A stretch of 64,000 bases of DNA from Flavobacteriales bacterium (GCA_020635695.1 JACJZH010000005.1:102708-166707); one strand, 5' to 3'; positions 1-8,748 are shown, numbered from the stretch's first letter. The notes: generated from the sequence alone by a model not told the origin. Made by a program: numbers and translations.

Positions 1-317
1 AGGTCCAGCAGCACGTTCAAGCGGGTCTCCAGCGTGTCCCGCGTGTTCATGTCGTAGTGGTACCGACCGGCCCAGAAGAAGCTCTCCTTGTCGGGCATCA
101 CCTCCAGTCCTTCCAGATCGATGCCCCGGGATCGAAGGTCATCCATCACCTCCCGGGGAAAGTCGCCACCCACCACGCTCACCACTCCCGATCGCTCCAG
201 GAAGAACGAGGCGGCCAGGGAGATGTACGTGGCAGCGCCCCCCACCACCTTCTCGGCAGTGCCGAAGGGGGTCTCAATGCGATCGAACGCAACGGTTCCG
301 ACAGTGATCAGCTTCAT
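1..317 (-). CDS. PfkB-family carbohydrate/ribokinase-like kinase, N-terminal part (gene continues beyond window start)
   Basis: Reverse-strand ATG at 317..315. The translation MKLITVGTVAFDRIETPFGTAEKVVGGAATYISLAA... reads cleanly to the window edge. An N-terminal MK-I-VGT-FD pattern followed by a GG motif is typical of PfkB kinases. The ORF is absent from the track because it has no stop inside the window. Confidence 0.65.
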   Translation of the reverse strand, partial: MKLITVGTVAFDRIETPFGTAEKVVGGAATYISLAASFFLERSGVVSVVGGDFPREVMDDLRSRGIDLEGLEVMPDKESFFWAGRYHYDMNTRDTLETRLNVLLD

Positions 318-451
318 GGGTTCGGTGACCGCTGGTTTACGGCCGCGGTCGGCAAAGATGGGGGAACCGGCCGGACCCCTTCGCCCGCCCGCCGCGCCAT
401 TGTCCAATTCCGTCGGGTGCTGTACTTTTGCGCTCCCTTCCAAGGAAACCT

Positions 452-525
452 TCCTCAGTAGCTCAGCTGGTTAGAGCATCTGACTGTTAATCAGAGGGTC
501 GCTGGTTCAAGTCCAGCCTGAGGAG
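452..525 (+). tRNA. tRNA-Asn (anticodon GTT)
   Basis: A 7-bp acceptor stem pairs TCCTCAG with CTGAGGA. The D-arm is GCTCAGCTGGTTAGAGC. The anticodon stem-loop is TCTGA-CTGTTAA-TCAGA, giving anticodon GTT. The T-arm is GCTGG-TTCAAGT-CCAGC. CCA is not encoded. Confidence 0.9.
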
Positions 526-527
526 CG

Positions 528-556
528 AAACCCCGGCATGTCCGGGGTTTTTTCTT
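528..556 (+). terminator. Rho-independent terminator after tRNA-Asn
   Basis: Hairpin AAACCCCGG-CATGT-CCGGGGTTT is followed by TTTTCTTTT. Confidence 0.75.
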
Positions 557-570
557 TTCCGGGCAGCCGA

Positions 571-3500
571 ATGGGCTTTCTGCGCGTCATGCTCAGGACT
601 AGCACCCGAACGATGATCCTCCGGACACTTATTGCCTTGGCCCTGGGCCTGCCGACGCTTGCCCTGGCACAGCCAAACCCCTGCGATGACCTGGACTCCA
701 CCTTCACCTTCAGCTTGGTGGGCGGGAGCACCGTGGTCTTCCAGCCCAACACCTTCAACAACCAGTGGACCTACTTCTGGGAGTTCGGGGATGGCACCTC
801 CGACTTCGGGCCCATCATCACCCACCAGTACCCGGGACCAACCCTCTTCCAGGCCTGCCTCACCGTCTGGGCCTGGGACCCCTTCACCCAGGACACCTGC
901 TTCGCGACCTCCTGCCAACTGGTCGATCTGATCGGGCAGGGAATGCCCTGCGACTCCACCTTCTCCGCACAGATCACCTGGTTCGACCAGGGCTCCAACA
1001 TCATCGTGTTCCAAGGCAGTACGAACCTCAACGCCGATGGCTACATCTGGCAGTTCGGGGACGGGGCGCTCGGATACGGGATGTCCACCCAGCATTTCTA
1101 TCAACAGCCTGGGGTCTACCCCGTTTGCCTTGATGCATGGTACTGGAACACGGGAACACAGGACTCCTGCTGGACCTCCACCTGCCTCCAGGTGGTCGTC
1201 GGTGGCGGCGGCAGCGTATGCGACAGCATTCCCCTGCAAGCCGACTTCGCGGCCGCGGTGAACGGCAACCTGGTCCAGTTCACGGACCAGAGCTTGACCT
1301 CCGGATATGGGGCCACCTACCTCTGGGACCTGGGGGACGGGACCACTTCGGTACAGCCTGCCTTCCTTCATCAATATGCCCAATCCGGCACCTATCAGGT
1401 CTGCCTCACGATCGCCATTGGACCGAACGGCGGAGCGGATTCGTGCTTCGCCTCGTATTGTGAACTCGTCACCATTGGCAGTACGGGACCGTGTGACAGC
1501 CTTGACGCCGGATTCACAGCCGTCGGAGGCCCGGGCGTGAACTTCGCCAATTCGACCATCGACCTGAGTTGGTCCTATTCCTGGGATTTTGGCGATGGAA
1601 CGTCAGGGGTTGGGCCCAACCCCTTTCACACGTTCGCTCTTCCTGGCGTATACCAGGTATGTCTGACGGTGTCTACCTGGGACCCCTTCACCCAGGACAC
1701 CTGCTTCGCCACCTCCTGCCAACTGGTCGATCTGCTCGGACAGGGCGATCCGTGCGACAGTCTGCAGGCCTGTTTTGTGCCCTCCGTTGCCGGCCCACAG
1801 GCCTTCTTCTTCAACAACTGCTCCTCCTCTCCGGATCCCTTCAACACCCAGTTCCTCTGGGATTTCGGTGACGGGACCTCCAGCACCCAGTTCGCTCCCA
1901 TCCACACGTTCCCGCCAGGGGTGTGGGATGTCTGCCTGACGACCAGCTGGCAGAACTGCGTGGATTCACTTTGCCTGACGATCACCGCCACCGGGGGCGC
2001 TCCCTGCGACAGCTCCTTCGTGGCCACCTTCGGGGTGACCTTGAACGGGAACGTGGCCACCTTCTCGGCCAGCTCCGGCGGGCAGGCCAACGGCTATCTC
2101 TGGGACTTTGGCGATGGCACCCAGGGCGGTGGGCAGCTCGTGAACCACGTCTATCCCCCTGGCGGGCCGTACAACGCCTGCCTCCAAGCCTGGTACTGGA
2201 ACGGCACCGACACTTGTTGGACCGTCCCGGCCTGCCAACCCGTCGGGCCTTTCTCCCAGAACAACCCCTGCGATGACCTGGACTCCACCTTCACCTTCAA
2301 CCTGGTGGGCGGGAGCACCGTGGTCTTCCAGCCAAACACCTTCAACAACCAGTGGACCTACTTCTGGGAGTTCGGGGATGGAACATCCGACTTCGGACCC
2401 ATCATCACCCACCAGTACCCGGGACCAACCCTTTTCCAGGCCTGCCTCACCGTCTGGGCCTGGGACCCCTTCACCCAGGACACCTGCTTCGCGACTTCCT
2501 GCCAACTGATCGATCTGATCGGGCAGGGCAGCCCTTGCGACAGCATTCCCCTGCAAGCCGACTTCGCGGCCGCGGTGAACGGCAACCTGGTCCAGTTCAC
2601 GGACCAGAGCTTGACCTCCGGATATGGGGCCACCTACCTCTGGGACCTGGGGGACGGGACCACTTCGGTACAGCCTGCCTTCCTTCATCAATATGCCCAA
2701 TCCGGCACCTATCAGGTCTGCCTCACGATCGCCATTGGACCGAACGGCGGAGCGGATTCCTGCTTCGCCTCGTATTGTGAACTGGTCACCATTGGCGGTA
2801 CAGGACCGTGTGACGACCTGGACTCCACCTTCACCTTCAACCTGGTGGGCGGGAGCACCGTGGTCTTCCAGCCCAACACCTTCAACAACCAGTGGACCTA
2901 CTTCTGGGAGTTCGGGGATGGAACATCCGACTTCGGACCCATCATCACCCACCAGTACCCGGGACCAACCCTCTTCCAGGCCTGCCTCACCGTCTGGGCC
3001 TGGGACCCCTTCACCCAGGACACCTGCTTCGCGACCTCCTGCCAACTGGTCGATCTGGTCGGACAGGGCGATCCGTGTGACAGCCTTGGACTGGTCGCCG
3101 ACTTCACGTGGATGTCCCAGGGAACGGTGGTCATGTTCGAAGACCTTTCGCAATCCGCCGTGCAGCCGCTATCGTATTTCTGGGAATTCGGGGATGGTGG
3201 CCTGTCAACGGACCCCGATCCGGCACATACGTACCCGGACACGGCCTCCTACCAGGTGTGCCTCTGGGTGGGCGCATGGACGGGTACGGACAGTTGCTTT
3301 GCGGTGAGCTGCCAACTGGTCTCTCCCGGCAGCAACGGCCCACAGGCTGTTGCCGGGATGGGCTCCGGAACGACCCTGAAGGTCTGGCCCAACCCCACGA
3401 ACGACCTGCTTTTTGTCGAATTGCCGGGCACGGCCGGGCCGTACCTGGTCGAACTCCTTGATCTCCAAGGACGACGCATCCGCTCACGTACGGGCGTGGC

Positions 3501-3606
3501 AGGGCTCCGGACGCAATTGGACCTGGGGGACCTGGCCTCCGGCTTCTACCTGGTGCAGCTGCGGGCGGATGGCCTTCGACGCACGATCCGGGTGCAGCGC
3601 CAGTGA
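571..3606 (+). CDS. Large secreted multi-PKD-like repeat protein with type-A T9SS C-terminal sorting domain
   Basis: The ORF runs 538..3606. Candidate starts are 571, 589 or 613; one of these, most likely 589 or 613, gives the signal peptide MILRTLIALALGLPTLALAQ. About 10 repeats carry the PKD-like signature W(D/E)FGDGT...H.Y...G.Y.VCL. The C-terminus ...LKVWPNPTNDLLFVELP...GFYLVQLRADGLRRTIRVQRQ matches the Por/T9SS CTD. Internal nucleotide cassettes are near-identical (see findings). Confidence 0.85.
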   Translation: MGFLRVMLRTSTRTMILRTLIALALGLPTLALAQPNPCDDLDSTFTFSLVGGSTVVFQPNTFNNQWTYFWEFGDGTSDFGPIITHQYPGPTLFQACLTVWAWDPFTQDTCFATSCQLVDLIGQGMPCDSTFSAQITWFDQGSNIIVFQGSTNLNADGYIWQFGDGALGYGMSTQHFYQQPGVYPVCLDAWYWNTGTQDSCWTSTCLQVVVGGGGSVCDSIPLQADFAAAVNGNLVQFTDQSLTSGYGATYLWDLGDGTTSVQPAFLHQYAQSGTYQVCLTIAIGPNGGADSCFASYCELVTIGSTGPCDSLDAGFTAVGGPGVNFANSTIDLSWSYSWDFGDGTSGVGPNPFHTFALPGVYQVCLTVSTWDPFTQDTCFATSCQLVDLLGQGDPCDSLQACFVPSVAGPQAFFFNNCSSSPDPFNTQFLWDFGDGTSSTQFAPIHTFPPGVWDVCLTTSWQNCVDSLCLTITATGGAPCDSSFVATFGVTLNGNVATFSASSGGQANGYLWDFGDGTQGGGQLVNHVYPPGGPYNACLQAWYWNGTDTCWTVPACQPVGPFSQNNPCDDLDSTFTFNLVGGSTVVFQPNTFNNQWTYFWEFGDGTSDFGPIITHQYPGPTLFQACLTVWAWDPFTQDTCFATSCQLIDLIGQGSPCDSIPLQADFAAAVNGNLVQFTDQSLTSGYGATYLWDLGDGTTSVQPAFLHQYAQSGTYQVCLTIAIGPNGGADSCFASYCELVTIGGTGPCDDLDSTFTFNLVGGSTVVFQPNTFNNQWTYFWEFGDGTSDFGPIITHQYPGPTLFQACLTVWAWDPFTQDTCFATSCQLVDLVGQGDPCDSLGLVADFTWMSQGTVVMFEDLSQSAVQPLSYFWEFGDGGLSTDPDPAHTYPDTASYQVCLWVGAWTGTDSCFAVSCQLVSPGSNGPQAVAGMGSGTTLKVWPNPTNDLLFVELPGTAGPYLVELLDLQGRRIRSRTGVAGLRTQLDLGDLASGFYLVQLRADGLRRTIRVQRQ

Positions 3607-3611
3607 TCGAG

Positions 3612-4391
3612 TCAGCGCCGGCCCCTCTCCAGGCGCCGGAATTCGCTGTTCCAGTTCATGCGCAGGTTCACCAGCTTGAAGAAGAGCACCTCCCCCAGGA
3701 CCCTTCTCAGCCAGTGGGGCCGCCTGGAACTTCCACCGCCCGGTTTCCAGGTTCCTTTCGCGTGGTGCCGGGCATAATTGGCCGTCGCGCCGTAGCCCGG
3801 TACGATGAAGTATTCCTTGGGCAGGATGCGGATCCCGTCCCCGATGTACTGTTCCCGATTGTTCAGACGCAGGGCCGGATACGTGTCGATCATATGGCGC
3901 GTCCAGTAGATGTTGCTCACCTGGCAGCCATCCATGTGGTCGAACTTGCCCAGAATGGCCCGGATCAGTGGATGGCCCGGTTCCGCCCCGATCAAACAGG
4001 TCGAAAGGAATGAATCGAACTCAAAGGAGAAGAAGCAGCGATCCCGAAGAAAAGGGACAAGGCTCTTGCGAAGCTCCACATCCGTGTCCAGATAGATCCC
4101 GCCTTGCTCTTCCAACACCTTGAACCGGACATAATCGCTGGCGAAGGAGAACCGGCCCTCGGCATGGGTCCGTTGCATCCAGGGGTGTTGCTGGACATCG
4201 AACGTCCGCTCATTCCATTCCTTGATCTCGAAGTCGGGAAGGACTCGGTGCCAGCCTTCGATCAACCGCTTGGCATCATCAGGTAGCGGTCGACCTCCCA
4301 GCCACACATAATGGGCCAGTCGGGGAATGCGCTCAACGCTCGGGGCAGGCCCGGCCGGTGGTCGCGATGTATCCTGTCCCAAGGAGCTCAT
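3612..4391 (-). CDS. Glycosyltransferase family 32-like (Gly_transf_sug / DXD-motif sugar-binding region)
   Basis: The N-terminal PRLAHYVWLGGRPLPDDAKRLIEGWHRVLPDFEIKEWNE resembles the conserved GT32 (OCH1 / capsular polysaccharide synthesis) N-terminus. A DXD motif is present in YLDTDVEL. Confidence 0.7.
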   Translation of the reverse strand: MSSLGQDTSRPPAGPAPSVERIPRLAHYVWLGGRPLPDDAKRLIEGWHRVLPDFEIKEWNERTFDVQQHPWMQRTHAEGRFSFASDYVRFKVLEEQGGIYLDTDVELRKSLVPFLRDRCFFSFEFDSFLSTCLIGAEPGHPLIRAILGKFDHMDGCQVSNIYWTRHMIDTYPALRLNNREQYIGDGIRILPKEYFIVPGYGATANYARHHAKGTWKPGGGSSRRPHWLRRVLGEVLFFKLVNLRMNWNSEFRRLERGRR

Positions 4392-4482
4392 TCCATCGAC
4401 AAGCGGCTCAACGGGCTCGACAGAACGCCCATTTCCATCGTCGAAGGTAGTTTTTCTGCCGGACCCGTTCTGGCATGAATGA

Positions 4483-4510
4483 GGAAGGGCCGGCAGCTGC
4501 CGGCCCTTCC
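4483..4510. terminator. Perfect 28-bp palindrome (GGAAGGGCCGGCAG|CTGCCGGCCCTTCC) downstream of the ssb pair
   Basis: Seen directly in the sequence. It lies about 28 nt past the ssb-1 stop on the minus strand and has no U-tract. It could be a terminator hairpin or a protein-binding site. Confidence 0.45.
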
Positions 4511-4537
4511 TGGTCCACGTGAGGAGGCTCCTTCGCC

Positions 4538-4885
4538 TCAGGCTGCCGCCTTCTTCGAGGGCAGCAGCTGGAAGTCGCTCAACACCACCTCCGTCACGTA
4601 ACGCTTCACGCCATCGCGACCCTCATAGGTCCGGTGCACCAACCGGCCTTCCAGGGCCACCGGCATCCCTTTGCGCAGCAGGCGCTCCACCATGTCGGCC
4701 GTACGGCCCCAGGCCACGATCGTGTGCCATTGGGTGTCCGTCACCTTCGTTCCCTCCTTGTTCGTGTACGTGTCGTGGGTCGCGATGCTCATGCGGGCCA
4801 CTTTCCGCCCCTTGGCGATCTCACGCACTTCAGGATCGAACCCCAGGTTGCCGATCAACTGCACTTTGTTCTTCAACGTCTTCAT
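4538..4885 (-). CDS. ssb: Single-stranded DNA-binding protein, short tail-less form (115 aa)
   Basis: OB-fold SSB signature: N-terminal MKTLKNKVQLIGNLGFDPEVRE, then W-H.IVAWG and LRKGMPVALEGRL. There is no C-terminal acidic D-D-D-I-P-F tail. Confidence 0.85.
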   Translation of the reverse strand: MKTLKNKVQLIGNLGFDPEVREIAKGRKVARMSIATHDTYTNKEGTKVTDTQWHTIVAWGRTADMVERLLRKGMPVALEGRLVHRTYEGRDGVKRYVTEVVLSDFQLLPSKKAAA

Positions 4886-4932
4886 GGCTTACGGGTTTGT
4901 CGTTGTTCGTTGTAGTTCGTTCGGGTCTGGCC

Positions 4933-5289
4933 TTATTCCGCGGCCACGGCGGGTTTGGTGCCCATGAGCTGGAACTCGTTCATCACCACCTCGGTCATGT
5001 AGCGCTTCTGGCCGTCCTTGGTCTCGTAGCTGCGATGCACCAGGCGACCTTCCAGGGCGACCTTGCTGCCTTTCTTCAACAGCTGGGAGGCCCGCTCGGC
5101 GGTGAGGCCCCAGGCCACCACGGCGTGCCACTGCACATCCTCCTTCCAATCGCCGTCCGGGCCCTTGAAGCGCTCGGAGGTGGCCACGCTCATCCGGGCC
5201 ACCCGCCCTCCTTTCGCCAGCTCCCGCATCTCGGGGTCCTTGCCCAGGTTGCCGATCAACTGCACTTTGTTCTTCATCGTCGTGTTCAT
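4933..5289 (-). CDS. ssb: Single-stranded DNA-binding protein paralog, short tail-less form (118 aa)
   Basis: About 60% identical to the adjacent SSB, with the same motifs (MKNKVQLIGNLGKDPE...WHAVVAWG...KVALEGRLVHRSYE). It sits in tandem on the same strand. Confidence 0.85.
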   Translation of the reverse strand: MNTTMKNKVQLIGNLGKDPEMRELAKGGRVARMSVATSERFKGPDGDWKEDVQWHAVVAWGLTAERASQLLKKGSKVALEGRLVHRSYETKDGQKRYMTEVVMNEFQLMGTKPAVAAE

Positions 5290-5447
5290 GATTCCTGTGT
5301 GTGTTTGGGTTGGACTTGAACGCTGGCCGGCTTTCCGACCGTTGACGATGCAAAACTGGAGGCACCTCTTCCCCTGATCCGGTGAGTTGTCATTTGTAGT
5401 CGTTTGCAGCCGTTTGTCAACCGGATGCTGTCGGTTGCTTTACGGCT

Positions 5448-6149
5448 TTGCTCCGACTCGGCCAGCGCCCCTCCAGACCGGCCTTCATAGCTTTAGGGGA
5501 AGCCACCGGTGGCCTTGGCCGGGTACGGGCAGCGTTGCGCGGTCCGGACGCGTCCTATCCCTGGCGGAACGAACCCTTGAGGGCCAACGACCTGAGCGAT
5601 CAGCAGCTCGTGGAGGGCTGTCTGCGCAACGAGCCCCGTTGCGAAGAGGCGCTCTATGCGCGTTTCTCCGGCAGGATGTACGCCATCTGCCTGCGTTACG
5701 CGAGACATCACCTGGAGGCCCAGGACCTGCTACAGGACGGGTTCATCAAGGTGTTCGAGAAGTTGTCCAGCTTCCGGCTGGAGGGCTCCCTGGAGGGATG
5801 GGTGCGTCGGATCATGGTACATACGGCCATCAATCAATACCGGAAGAAGGCGTTCCAGAATGAACGCTTCGGATACGAGGAACTGCCCGAATCGCCGGTG
5901 GCCCCGCTGGCCCTGGAGCGACTGGGCCGGGAGGAGTTGTTGACCCTGGTGGAGGGGTTGCCGGACGGCTACAGACTGGTCTTCAACCTCTACGCCATCG
6001 AGGGATACGATCATCGGGAGATAGCGGAGCTGCTGGGCATCGGGGAAAGCACATCGCGAAGCCAGCTGGCAAAGGCCAGGCGCATGCTCCAGCAGCGTAT
6101 GGGAACACATGCAGTACATCATCATGCAGGACAAGCATCCGATCGATGA
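5448..6149 (+). CDS. RNA polymerase sigma-70 factor, ECF subfamily
   Basis: Region 2 is present as DLLQDGFIKVFEKL...GWVRRIMVHTAINQYRK. Region 4 is present as ELLTLVEGLPDGYRLVFNLYAIEGYDHREIAELLGIGESTSRSQLAKARRML. The true start may be a downstream TTG near 5576; the ATG at 5448 would give an unusually long N-terminus. Confidence 0.8.
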   Translation: MLRLGQRPSRPAFIALGEATGGLGRVRAALRGPDASYPWRNEPLRANDLSDQQLVEGCLRNEPRCEEALYARFSGRMYAICLRYARHHLEAQDLLQDGFIKVFEKLSSFRLEGSLEGWVRRIMVHTAINQYRKKAFQNERFGYEELPESPVAPLALERLGREELLTLVEGLPDGYRLVFNLYAIEGYDHREIAELLGIGESTSRSQLAKARRMLQQRMGTHAVHHHAGQASDR

Positions 6150-7485
6150 GCTCTTCCGGCAGGGCCTGGAAGGGGCCTCGGTGACACCGCCGCCATCCGT
6201 GTGGGCCGGTGTGCAGCGCTCCCGCGGCCGTGGTGGCTGGCGGCGGAAGGCCCTTGCAGGCATTCTGCTCCTGGGTCTGGGCGCAGCGACCTGGTCCATT
6301 GTACGCCAGTGGGGGCCAGGCAACATCGAAGCCGATGGCCTCGTTGGCCATGCGTTCGTTGACCACCAAGGCTCCTTCGCCACCGACCAACAGGGGCGAC
6401 AGGGAAGGAGCCCCGTCGCTTCGACCGACACCGGCCCGACACCCTCCATTGCCTCGGTCGAGAAGAGGTCCGAAAAGGGTCTGACCGAGCACGGAATGAC
6501 TGCGGTGGAAGAGCCTACTGGGGCTGGTCGACCGGACAAGTCCAGCGCAATTGAAGCACCCGCCCCTGGTACCCACCAAATCATGGAGCGCATGGTGCCG
6601 TCCGGGGCAGGAGATGAGGTTCCCCCGGCACCACAGGTTGAGCGCCCCACCGCCGACGACGGGAATGGCCCGATGGATAAGGAGACGCTCCAAAGGCTCT
6701 TCCTGCTTCCTGTCGGGACCGGCCTGGGGCCAGCCACTCCACGAGACGCCCGGCCGGAGCCCTTCGTACTGCGTCCTGCCGATCTGTGGGTATCGGCGGA
6801 AGTCGGCCTGTTCCGCTGGGATCAGCGTCATGTTGGTGACGACGCCGCGCTGGCCGCCGACCGTGACCGTAGTCTTTCGCCTGGGCGGGAGATGGGGGCC
6901 GGCATCCTGGTGGGCAGGACCTGGAGGAACGGTCTTCGACTCGGCATCGGGGTTTCGCGGCATGCCGGCGAGCACGCGTTCGTCCACGATACCCGCAAGG
7001 ACAGCATTGCCTGGGACGTACTCGAGAACGTGGTCGTACTCGACACCCTGGTCATCGCCCAGGCCACCGACTCGGTGGGGACCATCTACGCTCGGGCGAG
7101 CAGGACCACCGGCACCACCCGGCTCGAGTCGTGGGTGGTCCCAGTGGAGGTGGGCTGGGGCCTGCGCAAGGGGCGCTGGAGCCTGGAACTGCTGGCGGGG
7201 TTGGCCTGGGAACGACGGCGGTGGGCCGGTGGGCCGATGATGGTCCGAACGGCTGAAGGGGGCGTCAGCGGTACGTCCTACGCCAATGAGACCACCCTGC
7301 GGTATGACGTGTTCGGTCTACGGGCCGGTCTCATGGCGGGGTTCTGGCCCTCCGAACGCCTCCTGATCTCGGCAGGCCCCTGGCATGATCGAGGCGTCGT
7401 GTCCACCTCCGACGAGGGTTCCTTGCACCGCAGGACCGGTGGCCGGTTGCGATTGACCTACCTGCTTGAACGACCCGGCCGATGA
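6109..7485 (+). CDS. Putative anti-sigma factor / membrane protein cognate to the ECF sigma
   Basis: The start overlaps the sigma gene stop by about 40 nt, a typical sigma/anti-sigma arrangement. A short cytoplasmic N-terminus (PIDELFRQGLEG) precedes a single TM (ALAGILLLGLGAATWSIV). A long extracytoplasmic region then ends in a beta-rich C-terminus. This call rests on architecture only. Confidence 0.5.
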   Translation: MQYIIMQDKHPIDELFRQGLEGASVTPPPSVWAGVQRSRGRGGWRRKALAGILLLGLGAATWSIVRQWGPGNIEADGLVGHAFVDHQGSFATDQQGRQGRSPVASTDTGPTPSIASVEKRSEKGLTEHGMTAVEEPTGAGRPDKSSAIEAPAPGTHQIMERMVPSGAGDEVPPAPQVERPTADDGNGPMDKETLQRLFLLPVGTGLGPATPRDARPEPFVLRPADLWVSAEVGLFRWDQRHVGDDAALAADRDRSLSPGREMGAGILVGRTWRNGLRLGIGVSRHAGEHAFVHDTRKDSIAWDVLENVVVLDTLVIAQATDSVGTIYARASRTTGTTRLESWVVPVEVGWGLRKGRWSLELLAGLAWERRRWAGGPMMVRTAEGGVSGTSYANETTLRYDVFGLRAGLMAGFWPSERLLISAGPWHDRGVVSTSDEGSLHRRTGGRLRLTYLLERPGR

Positions 7486-8657
7486 ACGAGGCGAACCTGA
7501 TCCGATGGTGCGGTCCTCTCTTCGGGGTGGTGATGTTGTTGGCGGGAGGCCGGACCATGGCCCAGGTACAGCCTTGCGACTCTCTGGGCGCCACCCTCGC
7601 CCATGAACCGGATACGGTCGATCTCGGGGTCCTGTTGAGCGTGGAACTACCTCCTCAGGCCGAACCCGTCGGGATCGTGTTCTGGTATTTCGCCGACGGC
7701 TCGGTCCAGACCAGCCTCGGTGGCGAGCTGCACCACCAGTTCCCTGGCGCAGGCGTTCAACCGGTCTGCGCAGCACTGTCGGTGGTGGACAACCAGCAGC
7801 TGGACACGTGCTCACTATTCGTTTGCGGGCTGGTCGACGTGCAGGAGCCTCATTGTCCCGGGGTCGATCCCGAGTTCACCGTGGTCGTGAGCGGGGATAC
7901 CGTGGAGTTCATCGACCAGACGACCGCCTTTTCCGGGGCCAGCGTGGTGGGCCTTGCGTGGGACCTGGGCGATGGCGCCACCGCCATCGGGTCCGCGCCC
8001 CAACACGTGTTCACCACTCCCGGGCCGCACGAGGTCTGCCTGACCGTATCGGCCGTTGACAGCACACAGCAACCGTGTACGAGCACGGTCTGTCACTGGT
8101 ACTACAGCGGCCCGGTGGACCCTCCCTGTGAGGATGTGCTCACCGTCTCCTTCGACCACGCCGTACTTCCGAACGGACAAGTGGCCCTGTGGAGCACGAG
8201 CCTGACCTCGGGCATGACCGGTGAACACCTCTGGGACCTGGGCGATGGCACGCAAGCGACCGGTCCCTTCGCCCTTCACTCCTATCCGTTCGGGGGCCTT
8301 GTCCAGATCTGCCTGAGCGTCTCCGTCTCTGGACCGCTGTTCACCGACAGCTGCACGGCGACGACGTGTTCCTGGATCGACCTCACTGGCCTGCTGGGGG
8401 TCGAAGAGCCGGAAGCGGCGCAGTCCTTGCGGGCAAGGCCGAACCCGGCAGGCGAGAGGATCACCGTTGAACTGCCTCTGGGGATCAATTCCGGTCACCT
8501 CCAGCTGGTGGACCTGTTGGGCCGGCCGCATCTCGATGTCGCCGTTCATGGTGAACGACAGGACCTTGTGGTCTCCGGGGTCCCCACGGGGGCCTATCTG
8601 CTCGTATTTCGCAACGGCGGCGTGATGATGAGCACCCGGATCATGGTGGCCCACTGA
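7482..8657 (+). CDS. Secreted PKD-like repeat protein with T9SS C-terminal sorting domain
   Basis: The ATGA start/stop overlaps the preceding gene. An N-terminal signal peptide is present. WDLGDGA.. / WDLGDGTQ PKD-like motifs recur. The C-terminus RPNPAGERITVELP...GAYLLVFRNGGVMMSTRIMV matches a type-A T9SS CTD. Confidence 0.75.
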   Translation: MNEANLIRWCGPLFGVVMLLAGGRTMAQVQPCDSLGATLAHEPDTVDLGVLLSVELPPQAEPVGIVFWYFADGSVQTSLGGELHHQFPGAGVQPVCAALSVVDNQQLDTCSLFVCGLVDVQEPHCPGVDPEFTVVVSGDTVEFIDQTTAFSGASVVGLAWDLGDGATAIGSAPQHVFTTPGPHEVCLTVSAVDSTQQPCTSTVCHWYYSGPVDPPCEDVLTVSFDHAVLPNGQVALWSTSLTSGMTGEHLWDLGDGTQATGPFALHSYPFGGLVQICLSVSVSGPLFTDSCTATTCSWIDLTGLLGVEEPEAAQSLRARPNPAGERITVELPLGINSGHLQLVDLLGRPHLDVAVHGERQDLVVSGVPTGAYLLVFRNGGVMMSTRIMVAH

Positions 8658-8748
8658 CCCTGACCTGGCGCATGAACGCTTGGCGACGGTCGCCTATCTT
8701 AGCCGCCGCCCTGCCGTGCGGGCGACACCTACCTGCAATGATCCAGCG

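Noticed and set aside
452-525. tRNA-Asn and tRNA-Cys as integration sites of a genomic island
   Set aside because: No integrase, excisionase, transposase or duplicated tRNA 3'-end direct repeat was found downstream of either tRNA. The flanking genes are ordinary chromosomal genes of similar GC content.
487-3153. Long minus-strand ORFs antisense to the PKD protein gene (487..1383, 1966..3153 and others)
   Set aside because: They sit opposite a gene with strong domain evidence and a T9SS CTD. Their translations are Gly/Pro/Glu-rich low-complexity text without motifs, which is typical of spurious open frames in about 65% GC DNA. Their repetition simply mirrors the sense-strand repeats.
571-3606. 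Regular direct repeats that could be mistaken for a CRISPR or tandem-repeat array
   Set aside because: The repeat units are about 265 bp, lie in-frame and encode PKD-like domains inside one continuous ORF. There are no short 28-37 bp repeats with unique spacers and no cas genes.
5290-5447. Bacteroidota-type promoter (TTTG / TAnnTTTG) upstream of the ECF sigma gene
   Set aside because: Several TTTG tetramers occur (around 5395-5425), but none is in the correct TAnnTTTG context and spacing. Evidence is insufficient to call a promoter.
4519-6987. ORFs 4519..5319 (+), 5730..6737 (-) and 5983..6987 (-)
   Set aside because: They are antisense to the two ssb genes and to the ECF sigma / anti-sigma genes, which have clear homology or architecture. 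Their translations are Arg/Pro/Gly-rich with no recognisable domains.
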